A stretch of 64,000 nucleotides of DNA from Cyanophora paradoxa CCMP329 (taxonomy: Eukaryota > Plantae > Glaucophyta), in the NCBI GenBank assembly GCA_004431415.1, contig QPMI01000038.1, forward strand, positions 310,001 to 374,000. The letters are read 5' to 3'. Positions within the stretch are counted from its first letter, which is position 1. Every line of letters starts with the position of its first letter. The position numbers and the translations under genes were made by a program. The notes beneath the pieces were generated by a model. It made no database searches and was not told where the DNA came from. It worked only from the letters and a program-made list of their open reading frames with translations. This document shows, piece by piece, positions 57,461 through 64,000 of the stretch.

Positions 57461-60400
57461 TCAGTGCGAGATCACTTCCACCGCCTTCTGACCGCCACTC
57501 TCGCCCTTCTGGTTGGCCGCCACCTCGATCGTGTGGGGCTTCGCGGTCGACGTCGGGATTGCGGCGCCGTCCGCGAGGGCCGGTGCGACCGCCGCTCTGG
57601 CCCCCGCGCGCTTCTTCTTGTAGACGCAATACGCGGCGATTCCGCCCGCAATCAGGAGCACCCCGCCGCCTCTGCATCTCGGTCAACATGCTAGCCGCTG
57701 CAAAATTAAAGAGGCCGGACTTGCCCGCCGGCCGCGATGGCGACGATGGCCGTCGTGCTCATGACCGTTGAGCTCCCGCAGCTGGACCCGCTAACGGTGA
57801 CTTTTGTGAAGTACCCCGATGCTCCTTTTCTGCAGCCTGCCACGGCTTTGAGCACTGTGGTCCTGTTGGTGCAATCGCACGCGTTGTCGGTAAAGAGTTC
57901 AAGCAGAAGGGGTTGGCGATTCGATTCTGCGCATTCGCAATAGGGCATGAATCGCCAAGACGGTTGATTTCGATCAATGTGATTTACCGCAGGTGATAAT
58001 GCCAGAGCCCTCAGTGACCAGGGAATTGGAATTTGACGACGTCATGCACTGAGCATGCACGTCAAACATCAATCGATCGCGATACATATATATATACGTG
58101 AAATATTGCAATTGTATGGTACCTTTTCCGTTTGAAATTGGACAGTGGACGTTGACGTAATTGCACCCCCGAGCAGGTTCGTGCAAGAGGAGTCGGTATA
58201 TACGCCGGTGCTCTGTGATTTCATTCAAGTTATAGGCGACTTTCTGATTTATCTGTGTAGATCTCTGATTAACAAGATAGACCTGCGTACCACGAGGGCG
58301 ATGGACTCCGAAGGTCCGTAGTTTCCGTACATCGATCGATAGCGATAACGATCGGTCACACAGATCGAGTCCGAGCTCGGCAATCCCGTCATCGGCGTTC
58401 CCGTCGACGGCGTTCCCGTCGACGGCGTTCCCGTCGCCGTCGACCCGGATCCGGAGCTCGACCCGGTGCTCGGGCCCGTGCTGGCGCTCGAGCCCGTCGA
58501 GGCCTCGTGCTCTTCAGCAGTCGTGCAGGACCTCTTCATGTACCCGGACACCTTGCTCGCGTAGTCGCACCCCGTCCAGGTGTCGCGAACGGCCCCCTTG
58601 CACGAGTCGTCGGAGTACCACACGATGCGGTACTTTCCTGGCGACCCCGGTCGGAGCGACCCAACCGAATTATTTACGTAGGGCTCGCGATTCCCACGTC
58701 GCAACCCACCGGCAACACAAGTAGAGATGCTGGAACCGTCGGTCACGATCGCGCCGGTGACTCCATTCGTGTTGTAAGCTGGCTGGCACTGTAGAAATTC
58801 GCGTAAATTCGTATACGTAAGTCATACATGAACTCAAATTATCATCATCGCAAACCTCGTTTGTTTTCGCCCAGCCCTCCGTCGGCGTGACTTGATCTTG
58901 GAGGCTCCCCCGCTCCGTCGTACAAAGGGAATCGCTGTATGGCCCTGTAGTCTGTGTTGTGCAAAAGGCCAGTAAGTCTCAGGGGTAATGATGCTGGTTT
59001 GAAATATAATTGAACCTTAAGCCAGACGTAGGCGGGCTCCCCGCGCGCGGCCGCTGTGCTCGCCGAGCCAGAGCCAGAGCCCGAGCCGGAGGAGGATTGC
59101 GGCGTCGACCAGGCGCCCGAGCTCGAGCTCGGGGCGGACGCCGATCCGACGCTGGCGCTCGAGCTCGAGCTCGGCTCGCAGGTAATCCTCCGGTAGCCCG
59201 AGGCCGCAGAGCCGGCACAGGCAGTGAGCGTTCCCGCAAAGCCTCCCGAGCACGTCTCGTCGCTGTACGTCGTCGCGAGGAAGGCCCCTGCGCATGCACT
59301 CGCGCATTTGATCATCGGATATTGATATCGGTCTCAGCGCAGCGCACTGCGGCAGCAGATGGCGCTTTCCGCATACTTTTTCATCCGAGGCTCGGAGCGC
59401 TAGCGCGACTCACCTCCGGAGCAGGAAATCCAGACGGAGCCTTGACTCACGAATCCCTTGGAGGTCGAGGAGGTCAAGCACTGCGCAGAACGATGTATCC
59501 AAGATCAGTTCTCGATCTGAATAATGTAAACTATTGCAGTTAAATTGATTATGATCCAACCTTGTTCGTCTGAAGTGAGGATCCGGTTTTGTTCCCCGGC
59601 TTTGCGATATTATTGGGACGTGTGCACTGTGGATCAGTGTACGGGCCAGAAGTCTGCGCTCCAACACATGACACGAACAGCTGTCGGTCAGCTGCAGGCT
59701 GACTCGGCGAACTTGCGAAATGAACGAAGCAAACTGGACTGAATTGAGATATTATTCCACCGATATCCCTCTTTTTCTAATATTAACGTATGGTATGTAA
59801 ACTCATGTTTAGATGTCCACTTTAGAATTCGATGCTACATGTGCGCACAAAGATGTCCACGGTCTCCGACGGGCCCGAGGAAGAAGCCGCGAGGGTCGTG
59901 CAGCTGGACCCCATCGCGACGACGGGCCCGCACACTGACTTCATGTACCCGCCTGCCGTGCTCGAGTAGTCGCACGCCGTGATCGCATTTTCCTTGAGGG
60001 CTGCCCCCGAGCAAGTACTGCCGCTGTACCTGTCGATGCGGAAGGACCCTGCGCAGGCGGTCGGGGGATCATGAGCGGAATTTGAAGCTTCATGAATATT
60101 ATAAAAAGCAGGCGCGCGATTGGTGCAGGAAATTGTTTTGTAATAAATGTGCCAAGGTACCGGTAGGCTATTGCTATAGCGAGATATCGATTGACATCAT
60201 GTTTCTCGCAATTGATCATGAATGCATATGCTCACCCGCGGAGCAGGTCATGATGCCGGATTGGAAGCTAATGAAGCCCTGGGAGTTATCTGCAGTCAAG
60301 CACTGCGCATCTTCATTGTCAGCATAGCGACTGGAAATCTCGATTAAACTAAAGAATTCGGCCAATACGTCGACGTCAACTTTGATCGTTTAGCGTTGGC

Positions 60401-61510
60401 TCCTTAAGCTTGTTCGATATCATGATCAGTCGAGATAAATATATATGTACCTTGTTTGTGTCAATGCCCATGAATGATTGCACCCTGCAGTAGGACTTGG
60501 GGGTTGTGCATTTTGAATCTTGAAATGGTCCGGAATGCTGCGGATAATTATATTTAATACTTATCGGAGATTCGAGTTCGACGATCTAGATCAAAGAACT
60601 AGATCTAGATCTAGAGCACCAGGATGCTGACGGTCTCCGAACGGCGCGACACGCAGGTGCGCTTCAAGTAGCCCGCCTCGGTGGTTGAAAAGGCGCAGGT
60701 CTGGATCTTCCAAGTGACCGGGCCCGAACACTCCGTGCCGTCATAGCCGTCGCCGTACAAGGCGCCTGCGGGTGCCGTCCGGCTGATCGAAACTTGCGGA
60801 AGATAGCTGACGAACAGAATCTCAACACTTCTGCGTACCTGAGGCTGTGCATCCTAAGATCGCTGAGTCCTCTACAAGGAAAGTCGGAGCAGAGGTAGGG
60901 TTGAGACACTTGAGATATGCGCGAAAATACGCGTGGTTAATCAGGACGAAGTTACAAGGCTAGATCTGGTGGATCTCGATCTAGCTACAGATCCGCGGGG
61001 ATATCGACTCGCACCCTGGCGGTTTGCAGCGCCGAAACGGTTCTGTTGGTGTATCCGGAGCCGCGGGTCGTGCAGGAGGAGTCCGTGAAAGGCCCCGAGA
61101 CCTGCGAGACAGGCAGTGAGGGCAGCTGCAGCTACAGCTCGGCGACAGCGACTTATTAAAATATATAATGAGCTCAAGTCAATTGCAACGCTGGCTATTG
61201 ACGTGTACGCTTGAGCTAGCGCTCGAGCTCTAGTATCGGTGATATAGTTCGAATTCATGATCACGGTCGCAATTATAATTTTATATATCAAAATATAGTA
61301 TAAAATTAAATATATACGTATACGCACAAACACATCAACGATATCAGCGTTGCATTTACGCGTGCAGAAGATGCACACTGCGGGCACGCGCACATATACT
61401 TCAATATGCATATGCGCAGGCCATGCATAAGCCCTACGGCACGACCGCGCTCGCGGCTCACCGAACGCTGCAAACACGCAGACCATGAAGCTGCAGCTGT
61501 GCATGCGCAT
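57461..61510 (-). CDS. Type I membrane/surface protein with five Cys-rich modules (3 exons each), Ser/Thr/Gly linkers, a TM helix and a short tail; possibly frameshifted
   Basis: Repeated exons 'SGP(F/Y)xDSxCT', 'C..x..S.I.TC' and 'YSDxxCxG...C...GYxKxxC'; TM AIVAIAAGGGGVLLIAGGIAAYCVY followed by KKKR; candidate signal exon near 61510. Confidence 0.7.
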
Positions 61511-63059
61511 GCCGCTGCGGCGGCCACAGCGGCGCAGGTCCATCTTCGGAAGTTCTTCGACAGCGTCTGCCGCAGCATATGAGCAGGCCGCAGCTGCAGC
61601 CAGCGCTATACCCAGTCACAGTACTCTGCTGATCGCACCCTATAGCTAGGACGCTCGTCCGATCCAGATGCGATCCGTCTGACTCAGTAAGCTGCGAGAG
61701 TTCAGGGTCAGTTTTGTGCGCGCGGACATATATATGCGCTTGCGGGGCGATGCGCGGCTTTATGGATCCCCCAGCGGCCGGGACCCGCGGCCGGGCTGGG
61801 AGATGTGTGGAGATGTGTGGATCCCGGAGATATCGATGTGCGGATCCAGCCCGCGGCGGCGGCGGTATGCGTAGCGCGCGCGCGGCAACCGCGGCGCCGC
61901 GAGGGTAGAGCACCAACGTGCGTTAGCGCTACCGGTACCGGTACCACGCCGCACGCTGCACGCACGTGCGCTACAGACTATACAGTCTAGTTTGCAGCTA
62001 CAGGCTGCACATGCGTACATACGTAGCTACAGCCTACCGGTTGTCTATAGCTAGTCCCCCGTCGACGTCCGCGGCGCGCGCGGCGGCGCCGCGGCGGCGG
62101 GCCCGGGGCCCGGGGGCCGGCCGGGCCCGGGCCCCGGGGCCGGCGCCGCCGCGCCGGCACAGACTGCCGCACTGCGGCACAGTGCGGCGGCAGTCACTGA
62201 GTACTAACTGAGTGGCACTGCGCAATGCGCACTGCGGCATGCCGCAGTGCGGCACTACTAGTACTAGTAGTCTACTACGTACTACTGGCACAGTGGCACG
62301 CCGGCGGCAGGTGATCATGATCGAATCAGCTCGATCGATCACGGAGTCCGACGTCGACGGTCCTGTGAGTCCTGACTCCTGACCGTCAGACTCCTGATTC
62401 AATTCAATTCATGAAATCGAAGCTTCCGGATCCCGGAGAGAGTCCGCGCGCCACGTGCACATGATCATATGCATGAACATGTAAACCTCGCGATCACGAA
62501 GCTTTAAAACGATTCGCGACCGCAATCAAATGTCACGTGGCTGCAAGCCCCCAACCCCCGCTGCGCTAGCCACTTCTGCAGCGCCGCTGCGGCCAGGCAG
62601 GCTGCGACTCAGCCTGCGAGAGGAGCGCCGCGGCGCTAGCGCTAGCTAGTATACGTATACCCCCGCGTCGCTGCGGCCAGCTGCAGGCAGCGCTAGCGGC
62701 TTGCCTCGCCGCTGGCGCCTTCACGTGCGGCGCGCGGCCACGCGGCGGCTTCGGCATAGCGCTCCTTAACTTGAGCTTGCGGCCAGCACCCGGTGACCGC
62801 GGCCGCCGGCCGGGATCCGGAGGTGACCTCCGGGAGCTCTAGGCTAGCTATAACCATGTACAGGTCGAGTTTCGAGTTCTGCTCTGCGCGATCGATATCG
62901 CTGATCATGACGTTCGAGCTCGAGGCCTAGGCTAGCGCTCCTCGCGATCGCGATCGCCGCCCTAGGCCTCTCGCCGGGCCTCGCGCCTCTAGGCCTGTTC
63001 AAGATCTAGAGCCTAGCCCCTATAGCTAGGCCTGGCCCTATATATAACTAGCTATAGGC

Positions 63060-63383
63060 TTGGCCATGGCCTGCCGGGCGGCCCCGGCCGCCGCCCTCTC
63101 AGCCCGCGGCCCGCGCGCGGCAGGCTCGCCGCTGCCGCCGGCGGCGCTCGCGGCGCTCGCGGCGCCGGCCGGCGCGGCCCGCGGGCGCCTCTCGCTCGGG
63201 ATGGAGGTCGACCTCGCGCCAGGCCGCCCCGGCCCGCGGAGGCCGCCGCGGCGCTGGCCGCCGCCCTGGCCCGTCGACGTCCCGCCGCCTCGTCCTCGCG
63301 GTCGCCGTCGGCGAGCCTCGGAGGAGGCGCTGCGCGGCGGCTGGCTCGAGGGCCTCGCCGCATTCGCCGCATTCGTCTCATGA
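63060..63383 (+). pseudogene. Isolated relic of the C-terminal exon of the 38.7/55.3-kb F-box/LRR family
   Basis: CTCTCAGCCCGCGG...GGGCGCCTCTCGCTCGGGATGGAGGTCGACCTCGCGCCAGGCCG...GCGCTGCGCGGCGGCTGGCTCGA matches 56762-56990 with indels; no upstream exons. Confidence 0.8.
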
Positions 63384-64000
63384 TCAGCCTGGCAGCAGTT
63401 TAAACTTACATGTACAAATATCCGCCCCCCGCCACCCCTCTCAACGCCCCGCCGCCCTAGTGCCCCGCCGCTCTCTCGCGCTCTTCCTCCTTCGCCCCCC
63501 AGCGCCCGCCGCCCCCCAGCGCCCTCCCCCGTCACCCCTATCAGCGCCCCGCGGCCCCAGTGCCCCGCCGCTCTCTCGTGCCCTTCCCCCGTCGCGCCCC
63601 AGTGCTCCTCCACCCTTTCGCGCCCCGCCCTCACCCCCAGCGCCCCGCCCCCGCCGCCCCCCAGCGCCCCGCCCCCGCCGCCCTCCAGCGCCCTGCCCCG
63701 ACCCCCAGCGCCCCGCTCCGCTCCCGGCCCATCACCCTCCCTGCCCGCCCCGCCTCCGCTCGCCCCCCAGCTCCCCGATTCCAGCGCTTCACCCCCGCGC
63801 GCCACCCTCCAGCGCTCCGTGTACCCCACTCCCTGCCCTTCTCCCCCTCCCTACGCCTCGCCCCCCTCCGACTTCCAGCACCCCGTGCGCCTCGCCTCCC
63901 CCCTCCCCCCCTTCTCCACAGGGCCAAGGACACCAACGCATCAGGCCCTCCTAAAGCTGCAGATCGATAGCTCACAGCTAGGCTAGGATAGCAGGACGCC

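Noticed and set aside
63420-63920. C-rich imperfect tandem repeats and their ORFs
   Set aside because: Low-complexity sequence with no termini or coding evidence
1-64000. Assigning the host species (intron style and F-box/LRR expansion are reminiscent of a glaucophyte or other GC-rich alga)
   Set aside because: No marker gene in the window allows a by-eye assignment; needs BLAST of the Orn, RUS or HtrA proteins

Overview
GC-rich eukaryotic (protist/algal-type) nuclear DNA with compact genes split by short ~45-90 nt introns, many with GC rather than GT donors. Most long six-frame ORFs are therefore GC-content artefacts, and I assembled gene models by eye from exons. Recognisable host genes: a BAH + multi-C2H2 zinc-finger protein, oligoribonuclease (Orn/REXO2), an HtrA/DegP protease, a RUS1/DUF647 protein, a TM-coiled-coil-RING E3, a PHD-ELM2-SANT protein, five F-box/LRR-like paralogues plus a relic, a multipass membrane protein, and a type I surface protein built from five 3-exon Cys-rich modules. 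About 30% of the window is mobile DNA. (1) 1874-9400: four non-autonomous Helitron2/Helentron-like elements whose layout (four stacked 16-bp 5' ends, then four headless bodies) indicates serial insertion into their own 5' end. (2) 33390-35468: a 2.1-kb non-autonomous LTR element. (3) 45900-55031: a 9.1-kb split-direct-repeat tyrosine-recombinase retrotransposon with an intron-containing ORF1, an antisense YR and a nested 583-bp mini-element. Comparing duplicated segments also suggests a mutational process that inserts short palindromes into unconstrained DNA. All calls are from manual reading; no database searches were run, and gene ends are approximate where stated.
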